This document shows, piece after piece, positions 1 through 12,330 of a DNA stretch of 64,000 bases; positions within the stretch are counted from its first letter, which is position 1; each line of letters opens with the position of its first letter. The stretch lies in assembly GCF_018350175.1 (NCBI RefSeq), contig NC_058368.1, positions 114,020,001-114,084,000 on the forward strand, given 5' to 3'. The notes beneath the pieces are model-generated. The model was not told the origin of the DNA. It was given only the letters and a program-made list of their open reading frames with translations, and searched no databases. Both the position numbers and the translations under genes were made by a program. This DNA is from Felis catus (Eukaryota).

Positions 1-62
1 GTCCCCCCTCTTTCTCTGCCCCTCCTCAGCTCACATTCTCTCTCAAAAATGAATAAACATTT
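1..62 (+). mobile_element. Can-SINE 3' end (truncated by window edge)
   Basis: CT-rich tract, CTCTCTCAAAAATGAATAAACAT tail. Confidence 0.85.
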
Positions 63-81
63 TTAAAATGTCAAAATGTCA

Positions 82-283
82 GGGCGCCTGGGTGGCTTAG
101 TCAGTTAACCATGCAACTTCAGCTTAGGTCATGATCTCACAGCTCATGAGTTTGAGCCCTACATCGGGTTCTGTGCTGACAGCTTGAAGCCTGGAGGCTG
201 CTTCTCATTCTGTATCTCCCTCTCTCTGCCCCTCCCATGCTCACGCTCTGTCTCTCTCTCTCAAAAATAACTAAACATTAAAA
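82..283 (+). mobile_element. Can-SINE (felid SINEC type)
   Basis: GGGCGCCTGGGTGGCT head, CT tract, A tail; TSD AAAATGTCAAAATGTCA at 65-81 and 284-300. Confidence 0.95.
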
Positions 284-457
284 AAAATGTCAAAATGTCA
301 TCATTGGGGCTCCTCTTACATTTTTCACTCAAAGGCATCTGCCTCTCTCTGCTTCCCCTCTTGGGCAATGTAAGACTAGTACTCTGAATAAATGCTTTTT
401 GTTTAAAAAGTATATCAAAAAGCCACCACAAGAATTGGCGTTAAAAGGGACTGTCTT

Positions 458-567
458 GTGGTGCCTGGCTGGCTCAGTTGGTAGAGCATATGACTCTTGA
501 TCTCAGGATTGTGAGTTCAAGCCCCATGCTGGGTGTAGAGATTACTTAAAAAAAAAAAAAAAAAAAA
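458..567 (+). mobile_element. Short Can-SINE lacking CT tract
   Basis: tRNA-like head TGGCTCAGTTGGTAGAGCAT...GTTCAAGCCCC, poly(A); TSD GTTAAAAGGGACTGTC at 440-455 and 568-583. Confidence 0.9.
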
Positions 568-769
568 GTTAAAAGGGACTGTCCTGAAGCAAGAGAAAAC
601 ACAGACCTATTTAATCTGTGGAGATATTAATTGTATCTTGTTTCACTGCTTGTGTATTCCTTTTCCTTGGATGCAAAATGTAGGCTTTTAGAAGGGAATT
701 ATATTAATTTCCTTCACATGGGAGGAGATGTCAAAGAACAAAGGCATGGTATAAAAAATTATAGCTTCC

Positions 770-1085
770 CAAGTTTAGGAGAAGTGACCAAACAAAAGGT
801 ATAAGTTTCCAATTACAAGGTAAGTAAGTCCTGGGGATGTAATGTACTGCATGGTGGCTGTAGTTAGCCATCATGTTTTCCATATTTCAAAGTTGGTAGG
901 ATAGTAGATCTTGAAAGTCCTCATCACAAGAAAAAAAAATGTAATTATGTATGGTGATGAATGCTAACTCAACTGTAAGCATTTTATAATATATACATAT
1001 ATCAGGTCATTCTGTTGTATATCTAAAAATAATACAATGTTATAGGTCCATGATATCTCTATTTTTAAAATTAAAAGTTTTTTTT
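770..1085 (+). mobile_element. Old L1 3' UTR fragment (L1MA-like)
   Basis: GGGGATGTAATGTAC...GTAGATCTTGAAAGTCCTCATCACAAGAAAAAA motif typical of L1MA 3' ends. Confidence 0.75.
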
Positions 1086-1395
1086 AAAAGAAGTAACCAG
1101 AAGCTTCTGGCTTTTTATCCACTGGAGGAAATGGTGGCCCAGCAAGTATATAGCCCCACCAATCCACCCCACCCTGCACGCGCACACACACACACACACA
1201 CATACACGCACACCAATGCAGGCTGGTCATGAATTATTTTGAAAGCAAGGTAAACTGCCTTGGTCGTGGGACCAAATCCATGTTCCTGACCCCAAATAAA
1301 CCTGGAATTCTTATATGTAAAACTCCAGTAACAATAGATACTAAATTTCCAGCCAGATGTGTAGGAGGTTGTGGTGGATTATCAGAGGCAGAAGA

Positions 1396-1738
1396 TGTTA
1401 CAAACTTAATGTTTTGTGTCCCCCAAAATTCATATGTTGAAGCCTAATCCTCACTGTGCTTTGGGGGCGGTACTTTGGAAGGTAATTAGGACATGAGAGT
1501 GGATCTCTCATGAATGGGATTTGTACCCTTATAAAAGAGACCCCAGAGAGCTTTCTAGTCTTCTATCCTATGAAGACACAACTACAAAGGAGGAACCAGG
1601 CGTTTATCAGATACCAAATCTGCAAACACTTTCATCTTACACTTCCCAGCCTCTAGAACTGTGAGAAAGAAATTTCTGTTGTTTATAAGCCACCCAGTCT
1701 CTGCACTGTTGTTGTAACAGCCTGAATGGGCTAGTTCA
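1396..1738 (+). mobile_element. MaLR solo LTR (MLT1A-like)
   Basis: GTCCCCCAAAATTCATATGTTGAAG...CCCTTATAAAAGAGACCCCAGAGAG...CCAGCCTCTAGAACTGTGAGAAA motifs. Confidence 0.85.
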
Positions 1739-2236
1739 GAAGACTTAACAATTTCACATTTCTCAGAATATCTCTGCCCTAAAATACACATACCCAAATA
1801 CAAACACATGCACAGACTCACACCAGAATATGAGCCTTCTAAAATAAAAGCATTTAGAACATTCCATTTTCATTTACTCACCATTTCACTTAATTCATTC
1901 AAGGGCTGGGTACTGGGGATAAAAGTCCCTGGCCTCCATGAGCTCAACAGTCTTGGGAGAAGAAGTAGTACAAGAGAGGTTGCAAATACAGTGTGCTAGA
2001 ACAGAAATGGGCAGAAATCCAGTCTGTAAATTCTTCTGAAAGAAGCTAAGTTCAGAAGTAGGTGTAAAAGACAGGCCTCCGAAAAGGTAATGGCATGCCA
2101 AGTACAGGAAATAGTATGTATATATACTGTGTTTGGAGTTGCACAAGTAAATCATCAAAATTGTGACGATGTATTAGCTTCCTATTGTTGCTGCAACCAA
2201 TTACCACAAATTTAGTGGCTTAAAAACACAAATTCA

Positions 2237-2455
2237 GGGGTACCTGGTTGACTCAGTCAGTTAAGCATCAACTCTTGATTTCAGCTCAGGTTATGGTCTC
2301 AAAGTTTGTGAGATGGAGCCTTGCATCAAGCTGTGTGCTGACAGCGTGGAGCCTGCTTGGGATTCTCTCTCTCCCTCTCTTTCTGCCTCTCTCTCTCTGT
2401 TTCAAAAATAAATAAATAAACCTTTTTTAAAAAATAAAAATAAATTAAAAAATTG
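2237..2455 (+). mobile_element. Can-SINE
   Basis: Head, CT tract, A tail; imperfect TSD AAAAAC(AC)AAATTCA. Confidence 0.92.
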
Positions 2456-2720
2456 AAAAACAAATTCATTATCTTATAGTATGCAGGTCACAAATCAAAC
2501 ACAGCTCTTAGTAGGCCAAAATCAAGGTGTTGGCAGGACTGTGTACCTTTCCACAAGTTACAGGGTAGAATCTGATTACTTGTTTTTTCCAGCCTCTATA
2601 GGCAACCCATATTTCTTAGCTTTTGACCCCCTTCCATCTTCAAAGCCATCAACAGCCAGTTGAGTCTCACACTGAATCATTCTGACATGGACTCTTCTCT
2701 CTCTCAGATAATTCACGAAA

Positions 2721-2941
2721 ATTATTTTATTTTATTTTATTTTATTTTATTTTATTTTATTTTATTTTATTTTATTTTATTTTATTTTATTTTACTTTAT
2801 TTTATTTTACTTTATTTTATTTTACTTTATTTTATTTTATTTTATTTTATTTTATTTTATTTTATTTTAGAGATAGCGTGTGAACAGGGGAAAGGGGCAG
2901 AGAGAAAGGGAGAGAATGGGAGAGGGAGAAAGAGAAAGAGA

Positions 2942-3003
<62 letters not shown>

Positions 3004-3125
3004 CTTAAGCAGGCTCCATGCTCAGCATGGAGTCCAACGCAGGGCTCAATCCCACAACCTTGGGATCATGACCTAAGCTGATATCAAGAATCAGACATTC
3101 ATCTAATGAGCCACCCAGGTGCCTC
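2721..3125 (-). mobile_element. Can-SINE with expanded (TTTTA)n tail and (GA)n tract
   Basis: Reverse head TGAGCCACCCAGGTGCC at about 3107-3123. Confidence 0.9.
2722..2868. repeat. (TTTTA)n pentanucleotide microsatellite
   Basis: About 29 units, C interruptions at 2795, 2810, 2825. Confidence 0.98.
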
Positions 3126-3139
3126 AAAAATCCTTTTAT

Positions 3140-3362
3140 TTTTTTTTTATTTTTTTTTAACGTTATATTTATTTTTGAGACAGAGAGAGACAGAGCATGA
3201 ACGGGGGAGGGGCAGAGAGAGGGGGGAGACACAGAATGGAAGCAGGCTCCAGGCTCCGAGCCATCAGCCCAGAGCCCGACGTGGGGCTCGAACTCACGGA
3301 CCGCGAGATCGTGACCCGAGCTGAAGTCGGACGCTCAACCGACTGAGCCACCCAGGCGCCCC
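3140..3362 (-). mobile_element. Can-SINE (felid type)
   Basis: Near-consensus, CpGs retained; TSD AAAAATCCTTTTATTT at 3126-3141 and 3364-3379. Confidence 0.95.
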
Positions 3363-4037
3363 TAAAAATCCTTTTATTTTAAAGTCAACTGATTAGCAAC
3401 CTTAATTCCATCTGCAACCTTAATTTCCCCTTGTCATACAACATAATATAGACATACATTGCAGGGATTAAGATGCGGACATCTTTGAGGTAACCATTAT
3501 TCTGCCTACCACAGATGGGAATAAAAAAGAAGTCTAGAAAGGTAAGCAGGGTCTGGACCAGAAGTACTATGTATGTCTTTTGAAAAATCTCCTGTCTTTA
3601 ATTCTATAAATAACATGATGCCACTGATGAGTTTTAAGGAAAAGGAATACAGAGATTTGCATTTAGAAAGAGACTATGTGTGGAAGAAAGATTAGAGTAG
3701 GGTATGACTTGAGAAATGAGCCCATTTAGAATACCCTGCAGTGCATAATATTGGTTAGCATCTCCAGGGCCAGAAGTAAGGCAGAGGTGGGAATGATGAA
3801 TTATTTGAGAGATATTTAAGAGTTGGAATTGATTTGATGTGGTTATCAACTGATTTTAGTGGGTTAAGTTTCTTATTTTGTGATAAGATAGATCATGGTT
3901 TCATTCACCAAACTAGTGAATTTTAAAAAGGAGACAGGTCAGAGAATTGTTTTAGAGTTGTTGAGGCTGCTGCTGCTGCTGCTTTATCAGCCATAGATTG
4001 CCTGTCATTAGGCTTTTAGGTCACAGAGAAATATCTT

Positions 4038-4253
4038 CTTTTTTTTTTTTAATGTTTATTTATTTTTGAGAGAGAGAGACAGAGCGTGAGTGGGGGAGGG
4101 GCAGAGAAAGAGAGGGAGACACAGAATCTGAAACAGGCTCCAGGCTCTGAGCTGTCAGCACAGAGTCAGATGTAGGGCTCGAACTAGGGAATGGTGAGAT
4201 CATGACCTAGGCCAATGTCGGATGCTTAACCAACTGAGCCACTCAGGTGCCCC
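4038..4253 (-). mobile_element. Can-SINE
   Basis: Poly(T), GA tract, reverse head; TSD AAATATCT. Confidence 0.95.
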
Positions 4254-4605
4254 TAAATATCTATCTTTTTAAGCCTCTCTTACATAAACTAATTCTAACT
4301 CATACAAAAGGATTCCATGATCTCTACTTGTGTCTTATAATTACCACTGGACCATCAATGTTATTCAATGCCTGATGCTATTTGTTTACATTACCTTACT
4401 GAGTCCTCACATGGATCTTGAGAGGTGTATTTTATTATTATGCCAATCTTTCAGCTGAAAAAACTGAGACTTTATGATATCACAGTGCCCACTGTCTGCC
4501 TACTATATACTATCCCACACAAAAAGTTTGTGCCCAAAATGCCAGGTAATATAAATGCAATGGACTGGAAACAGAAATAATCAGGTATAAGAATAAGGAG
4601 AAGGA

Positions 4606-4814
4606 GGGGTGCCTGGGTGGCTCAGTTGGTTAAGCTTCCAATTCTTGGTTTCAGCTCATACCTCTCACAGTTCATAATTTCAAGCCCCACATCAGGCTCT
4701 GCACTGACAATGTGAAGCCAGCTTGGGATTCTCTCTCTCCCTTTCTCTCTGCCACTCCCCCACTCACGTTCACACTCTCTTTATCAAAACAATAAACAAA
4801 TAAAAATTTTTTAA
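4606..4814 (+). mobile_element. Can-SINE
   Basis: Head GGGGTGCCTGGGTGGCTCAG; TSD AAGAATAAGGAG. Confidence 0.93.
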
Positions 4815-5165
4815 AAGAATAAGGAGGAGAAGAAATATTCATATCCTTCTGAACTTCTTTATCTTTCTCAACTTCAAAATTAAAAATTCTTTAAAATTTC
4901 AAGGAAGATATTACCAGTTTTACATCAGTAATGTGCTTACTTAACTTCACCTGGGCATGTATTGTCATAGTTGCAAATGACAATTTAAGCAGAGAACACT
5001 GTTGAACCAAAATTTGAATCTTTCAGTGTGAAGAGCCACAAAGGAAAAACCAAAAAATGGAAGGCCAAAAGGCAAAGTCAGAAGGAAAAAGGATAAGATA
5101 AGCCCCACCCTGAAGAAGATAAAATCTAATGAAGAGAGCCTTAGAACTTTTATTCTAGAACTTTT

Positions 5166-5223
5166 CTTCTTCTTCTTCTTCTTCTTCTTCTTCTTCTTCT
5201 TCTTCTTCTTCTCCTTCTTCTTC
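5166..5223. repeat. (CTT)n microsatellite
   Basis: About 19 units, one interruption. Confidence 0.98.
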
Positions 5224-5386
5224 TTTAGACCTTTTATTCTTTATCTCCAAGTGATTCAGGAACTACAGTTAGAAGGATTTCATGAATATGCAAACTAAAA
5301 CATGACAAACTAAACACATTTTCCATAGCTTCCTCCTAAAAATCCATTAAATAAAGGAAAAAAAAAATTAAAGGGCATAAACCTTT

Positions 5387-5772
5387 GTTAGGGACTTAGT
5401 ACCTCCCCACAATCATATCTTGAATCCTTAAACCCCTAATGTGACTGTATTTGGAAAGAGGGCCTTTAGGGAGGTAATTAAAGTTAAAAGAGGTCATAAG
5501 AGTTGGGCCCTAATCCAATACAACTGGTGTCCTTATAAACAGAGAGACACAAGAGCCCTCCCTTTCTCCATGGGTACACAGCAGAGATCATGTTTGAACA
5601 GAGGATGAAAGTGCTGTCTGCAAACCAAAAGAAGAGGTCTCACCAGAAACCAACCCTCACATAGTACATTGATCTCTGACTTCTAGCCTCCAGAGTTATG
5701 AGAAAATAAAATTTTGTCATTTAAGCCAGCTAGTCTATGGTAGTGTGTTATACAGCTACCTAGAAGATAAGC
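5387..5772 (+). mobile_element. MaLR solo LTR (MLT1B-like)
   Basis: AATGTGACTGTATTTGGA...GGGCCCTAATCCAATACAACTGGTGTCCTTATAA...CTAGCCTCCAGA motifs. Confidence 0.85.
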
Positions 5773-5955
5773 GTTTGGGTGTAGGTGTATCAGACCTCAC
5801 TCATTTGTATCTTCCAAGCTGCCTGTACATATCTTGCCTGCATTTCTCTAGGCAAAATAATACCAGATTTAGTAATTTACCTATGAATTCCATAAGAGGG
5901 TCACAGAATTATATTTCTTTAACATTACATAAATTACTTAACTTTTGGCTTTGAA

Positions 5956-6193
5956 TTTTTTTTTAATGTTTATTTGAGAGAGAGACACAGAGACAGAGAG
6001 AGACACAGAGACAGAGAGAGACAGAGGATAAACAGGAAAGGGGCAGAGAGAGATGGAGACACAGAATCTGAAGCAGGCTCCAGGCTCTGAGCTGTCAGCA
6101 CAAAGCCCAAGGTGAGGCCCAAACTCATAAGCCGTGAGATCATGACCTGAGCTGAAGTCAGATGCTTAACTGACTGAGCCACCCAGGTGCCCC
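5956..6193 (-). mobile_element. Can-SINE
   Basis: Reverse head and GA tract; TSD TGAATTTT. Confidence 0.95.
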
Positions 6194-6241
6194 TGAATTT
6201 TGACTTCTATTTATATTACCCTAAAACCTTACATTTTTTTC

Positions 6242-6374
6242 TTTTTTTTTTTTTAAAGTAGGCTTCACACCCAGTGTGGAGCCTAACATGGGGCTTGAAC
6301 TCCCAACCCTGAGATCAAGTCCTGAGCTGAGATCAAGAGTCAGATACTTAATGAACTGAGCCATCCAGGCACTC
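6242..6374 (-). mobile_element. Short Can-SINE
   Basis: Poly(T) followed by reverse tRNA-like head, no CT tract. Confidence 0.85.
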
Positions 6375-7565
6375 TAAAGCTCACATTTTTTAATGTACTA
6401 TTTTTACTTAGTCCAGTAAGAATTTCAATTTTTTTGAATATTTCCTTCAGCAAATTTATATCGGATATTTTACTCTCCATGAGGCATGTATCAAATCAAT
6501 ATGAAAATCAAGTTTCTAATTTTACCTGTTAAATCCATCTTCCCCTTCTAGTTTCAGCCTGTAGTAGAGTCGGGTATGTGGGCAACTTATAAATCTTCTC
6601 TTCCTCACTTATACAGAAAACTTGTGCAATGAGATCAAATTTCCATCAACCTAAAGAGTGACAATACTGAGTGAGATTTCATTTGTAAAGTGTTCTATAC
6701 TAAGACCTATGAAAGAAGTAACATTCATACACGATATACATTTTGAGTCTTCAGGTATCTGGTCCCTCCTCACTTCTAAATTCATACTGAATAGAGCAAA
6801 GAATAGGTTAGTCTACTCAGTAAACTACAAGAGTGGTATTTAATTGCAACTGTTTAGTGAATTCAGATTACATATAAAGCTTCTGTGAATAATTAAGGAT
6901 CTAAACAACATTTTTAGTTAAATGTTATTTATTATCATAATACCAGCACATTAACAAAGAAAATATTTTCTCAAATAAAACTAGGAGAAGAACAGTGGAA
7001 AAAATAAAAATAGCCAACACTTATCTGAGCAACAGTGTAATGATGATTAGAGCTATAAAATCAAGAACTGCATGCTCCTTGAGGAACTTAATTCATATGA
7101 TACTCACTGGTTGAAACCTCTCAGTATATACAGTGGTGATTTGTTTGTTTGGGACTGGCCATGTACATGACCTAACTTATATGAAATCTATTTTACTTTG
7201 TTGCCCAGGCTTCTGAATATGGTCTATTTTCCAGCTCTGAAATAAATATATAAAGCACAAAAGCACTTTTCATTCATCAGTATCAATTAAAGGAGTTTCT
7301 TTCAAGGATTAAAACTGCACATAATCTGTTAAAATTCTAATAATTTTCTAATTCCCATGTAATTTTCATTGGGTTTAGGAGATTTATTTTTAACCTGGCT
7401 CTCATATGATTATCTATAGCATCCAAGCAAAATCAGCAATACATTTTCTAAGTTTCATCACAAGTTTGAGTATGGTTTTATACAAACACTGCATTGCTCT
7501 TATTGGCACATTCAAAAATTCTACTAGAAATCCTAAGTCACATTATATCTAAGCATTTACTGTTG

Positions 7566-8083
7566 TTTGTTTTTTCTTGGATGATCTAGATCTTTATTTT
7601 CATTTTTTTTATTTATTAATTTTTTAAAATTTATATCCAAGTTAGTTAACATTATAGTGCAATAACGATTTCAGGAGTAGAATCTAGTGATTCATCACCT
7701 ACATACAATACCCAGTGCTCATCCCAACAAGTGACCTCTTTAATGCCCCTCGCCCATTTAGCCCTTTCCCCTACCCACAACCCCTCCAGCAACCCTCAGT
7801 TTGTTCTCTGCATTTAATAGTCTCTTATGATTTGTCCCCCTCCCCGTTTTTATATTATTTTTGCTTCTCTTCCCTTATGTTCATCTGTTTTGTATCTTAA
7901 ATTCTACATATGAGTGAAGTCATACGATATTTGTCTTTCTCTGATTTCACTTAGCATAATACACTCTACTTCCATCCATGTTGTTGCAAATGGCAAGATT
8001 TCACTGTTCTTGATTGCTGAGTAATACTCCATGTCGATGGACATTTGGGCTCTTTACATACTTTAGATACTGTCAATAGCGCC
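7566..8083 (-). mobile_element. 5'-truncated carnivore L1 3' end
   Basis: CCCAGTGCTCATCCCAACAAGTG...AACCCTCAGTTTGTTCTC; 19-bp TSD ATCTAAGCATTTACTGTTG at 7547-7565 and 8084-8102. Confidence 0.92.
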
Positions 8084-10232
8084 ATCTAAGCATTTACTGT
8101 TGATAAGTCTCCTCATCAACCTGAATTTCAATTTTCAAAGCAACTTCTTATTCTACACCCTAGAATCTTAAGAATAATAGAGCATGGATTACATGCATTA
8201 ATGGCCAAAACTTTCATCTCACACATGCGGCCCAGAGAGCTGAAATGGTATGTCTAGAGCCACACAAATAGGTAGTGGCAGAGTTACAACTTCTAATCTG
8301 CAGTCAACAACTTTTTCACACATGCTAATCCCGTAACACTCTTGCTGGTACAGTTTCTGTGTCGCTTTCCTTATTTAGAAAATAAAAACATTGTTAAAGC
8401 AGAAGATGGATCGTCATTCTGTACTTTCGGTTATCATTTATCTGAAGTCTACTGACAGCTTGTCACAGGTAAGTCTCAGGGCTCAATTTCTCCTGACTCA
8501 AATTAAAAGAAATATGAGGTTTGGGTATTTGAATGAGATTTTGCATCTAGAAGATAAAGCTGCAAGAAAACTGAAACTAAACTGGTATTTACTCTAGACC
8601 TGCTCCTGCCCTAACTCAGCTTAGGAAGCAGTAGGAAAGGGGAGCGAGCAGAAAGGCACCTTCACCTACCAAATGGCAGACTAACTTGTTCCTTCCTCTC
8701 CACTATATTTTAGCTTTTGGGTTAGAAAGAGTAATGGAAAACCAAGTTTGTTGAGACATCCTGAGTTCATCCGGCATTAATTTCTAGAGGCATGTATCAC
8801 ACAACAATATTCCACTTCTTTTACAGAAAGGGTACAATTAAAGACTTAGGCTGAATTTTTTACGGAAAAAAAAATGTCTTTTCATGTGTAAGTAATTTTT
8901 CCAAGATCTTAAGAGCTACAAACATGTATGGGTAAGAATGAAAGTCACTTCATACTTCTAGGTGAAAGAAAAACCATATTCTTTTTCTATTATCAAATTA
9001 AATCTCATCCCAAGCCATCACTCCTTAGGTTGATGGAAATTTAACTTCAGTCAATACCGGGGCCACGTCCTGTCCCAAAACAAAAACGTCAGATTTTACA
9101 CAGTCCAGAATACTCACAGATAATCCTCTGACCTTTGGTCACTGCTGACAGGTTCTTTGTCTAAGACCACAGGATCACTGACGGGAAGATGGTTCTGCTG
9201 CTTCCTGAAACTTACCTCTCAACTGCAGCTGGAACTCCTTACCAAGGGCAGGAGCCCCAACACAAATATTGAGGTACCCACTTTACCACAAAGTCATTCC
9301 ACAGTAAAGACAGGTCACATTCCCAAGAGGTTACAATGGAGCAGCACAGAGGGACTGGATCCTGGTTGCCACTACTCTGTGGAGTTCTCCCTCCCCAAAT
9401 AAATCTCTCTTTGAGTTTCCAAAGTAGATTCTCCTCTTGGATTCCTGCTTCTCTCCCATCTTGAGACTACGTAGCATAAGCCCTTCAAAGACTCTACCTT
9501 TAAAAAACAGAAGGCAACGGTACTGCTTTGGTCCTATGGAACAAAAGCTCAAAGAAAGAAAGCAGAAAAGCATTCTTGGAATAGGGCAGGAAAACAGAAA
9601 AGGCAAATTAATATCTCAATAAATTATCCTATCACATGTGTCCTTTTTGCCAAATTATTTGAGAGCAGATACAAAAGAGGCCACCTTCTCCAACCCTCTT
9701 CACATTTCTGAGGTGTGCCTTCTGCAGGCGTAAGTTTACTTACTCTGTGTCTAAACTCTGAGGTCAAGAAGCATCCCGGGGCAGTTTCTAGACATCCTCA
9801 TTAATGTTGTGCTCTTGATTATCAGTTTTAGGGACATAAAAGTGAACTATCACATGTCCCCCATGTCAGTGAATGACACCACCATCCAGCTGAGGTTACT
9901 AGATGTCTTTTCTCTTGACAGCTAGACCACCACCAATTCCACACTTTCCAGATACAGTGAATTGTTCTCAATTCTCCTAAAAGTCATACTCTCTGAGCTG
10001 CAGGCCTTTGCATATGTGACACCCTCTGTCTAAATAATGCTGAACAGGCTTTTTCAGAGTATAGTGCAAATATACAGAAGGATAATATTTGTACAACCTC
10101 AGTGATAAACTGGGAAGAATTTGGATTATCTATATAGGCCTTGTTGAAAAAAGTTCAGTAGGGAAGATATTCAATAAGATATCAAAGCTTTTTCATGAGA
10201 AGCTTTAGCTTGCTCATTTATACATAACAGTT

Positions 10233-12330
10233 CTTTTTATTTTAAAATAATTCCAAATGTATTCAAAAGTTGCAACAATAATAGTACAAATAATTTTTAT
10301 CCTGAAACAATAAATTGCCAATATGATGCCCCAGTGCCCATGCTAAAACTTTAGTGTATAATTGCTATAAATAACATTCTCAAGCACCCGAGAGGCTCAG
10401 TTGGGTAAGCATCTGACTCTTGGTTTCGGCTCAGGTCATGATCACACAGTTCGTGGGATCAAGCCCCGTGTGGGCTCTGGCTGACAGCACGGAGACTGTC
10501 TGGGATTCTCGCTTTCCTTTCTCTCTTTCTCGAAATAAATTAATAAACTTAAAAAAAAAGAACATTCTCCTCCATAACTACAAGACAACCAATACAATCA
10601 GGACTAATGCTGACCTATCATTATCAACTAATCCACAAGCCCTGTTTCAATAATCATCTCAATAATGTGAAGGTTCTAGTCCAGGAACACGTGTTGTATT
10701 TAGTTTTCATGTCTATTTAAGTCCCTTTCAATCTATAACAGTATACAATCTTTCCTTGACTTTGATTAGGAGCCCAGTTATTTTGTATAATGTCCCTCAA
10801 TTTGGATTTGTCAGATATTCCCTCATCATTAGATTATTTATTTGGGGCAGGAGTATCACTGAGATGACATGTGCACCTATCAGGTGGCATATGATTTCTA
10901 TTTGTGTCATTACGGGTGATATTAACTTTGATCACTCAATTAAGGTAGTATCTGCCAGATTTATCCACCGTAAAGTTGCTTTTTAGTCTTTCGTAACTAC
11001 TAAGTATTTTTCAGGAAGGTATTTTGAGAATACATAATATCCCCTTCTTTCACCCAACTTCCATCCACTAGTTTTTAATATCCATTGCTGCTTCCTGGCT
11101 CAATTATTACGATGATGATTTTAAAATGGTAGCTTTCCAACTCAATCATTCACTCCACACTTGTTAATTCTCTCACCTCAATTATGTATTCATTTGTTTA
11201 TATCAGTATGGACTCATGGGTTCCTATTTATTCAATGGATTATGAACTGATGTTATTATTTATTTTGATGCTCAAAGTATCCAGATTTGGCGACTAGAAA
11301 CTCATTCAAACTGACATCTGCATCCCTCTGACTTGTTCCCATAATTCTTTAAGCACTTTTTACTTTCTTGCTTAACAAGACATTTCTGGCTCATCTTGGA
11401 CTTTCCCTGCCTGACGCTGAAATCAGCTATTTCTCCAGGTAGTCTTGGTTCCCTTTAGTGGAGAATGGTGCTTAGAAATCAAAATATGGCACTATATGGG
11501 TTCACTGCTATTAGGGGTACTACTGGTCCCAGAGATGGGAAATATATGGATGTATGTATACACAGAGCATATTATTTATACACATATATCACATGTACAT
11601 AATTCATGCATTTACATCAACATCTCCACATTTATCTATGTATCTATCAAACCCTGAGTTCACATCACTACCTCCAATTCCAATCCAGTAATACAGAATT
11701 ATTGAAGTTTTTTTTTCCTATTTCATATTTAGAACTCTCCTCTAACAGTGAAAAACTTGGCTGCTATTATCCTCAATATATTTAGTTATTGACTCAATCC
11801 TGCCTGTATGTAATCAACTTCCCACCCTGCCACCATCATCTCACAAAGAAGTCCTCCTTACCCTGTTCAGATTCTGATACATTATTGGCCCATCACTGCT
11901 GCCACATGCCCCTCTCATATGGATGCCCCCCTAATCCTACTGGGCTTCAATACCCTGTGCCAGGTGACTCCAGCCTTCTGCACACATTCTCTCCCCCACC
12001 CCAATCAAGCTCTGACAGATGGTGCCAGGCCAGCAATCACTCTTCTCACCCCACTTAGGTAGCCAATGTTTATTAGTGAGCTACCACCTCCCAAACTAAA
12101 TACCTTATTCTTCTCACTCAAGCTCCAAATTCTTAAGCAAGATCACTGCTGTCATCATCATCCTGTGCCAGTAACCTCTTCACCTCTCTCGAGCTTCCAA
12201 CAACCAAACAGGCTGCTCTCTTCTTCCCCCTCATAGACTCCCTCCTCACTCCACTCATGTTCTGATACCCCATGTCAGATAGCCCCTTCCCCCTCCCACC
12301 CAACTCTAATGCAAATGCCTAGTTTGCTTA
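10233..12330 (-). mobile_element. Ancient L1 3' region (L1MC/MD-like)
   Basis: Motifs such as GGTGATATTAACTTTGATCAC, CAGTATGGACTCATGG, TTTTGATGCTCAAA, GGAGAATGGTGCTTAGAAATCAA. Confidence 0.7.
10384..10560 (+). mobile_element. Can-SINE (diverged)
   Basis: GGCTCAGGTCATGATCACACAGTTCGTGGG core, A tail. Confidence 0.88.

Larger units (their letters stand above)
2170..3513 (-). mobile_element. MaLR LTR (MLT1C/D-like) interrupted by three SINEs
   Basis: Starts TGTATTAGCTTCCTATTGTTGCTGC...CACAAATTTAGTGGCTTAAAA, ends CCATTATTCTGCCTACCACA. Confidence 0.8.
1860..3960 (-). mobile_element. L2 LINE remnant, interrupted by MLT1 and SINEs
   Basis: TTCATTCA-type L2 3' end near 1890; purine-rich L2-like sequence resumes at 3515-3960. 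Confidence 0.55.

Noticed and set aside
458..545. tRNA-like A and B boxes
   Set aside because: tRNA-derived SINE heads with poly(A) and TSDs, not tRNA genes.
2660..3351. ORFs with ILFYF and ERERER repeats
   Set aside because: Translations of (TTTTA)n, (GA)n and SINE sequence.
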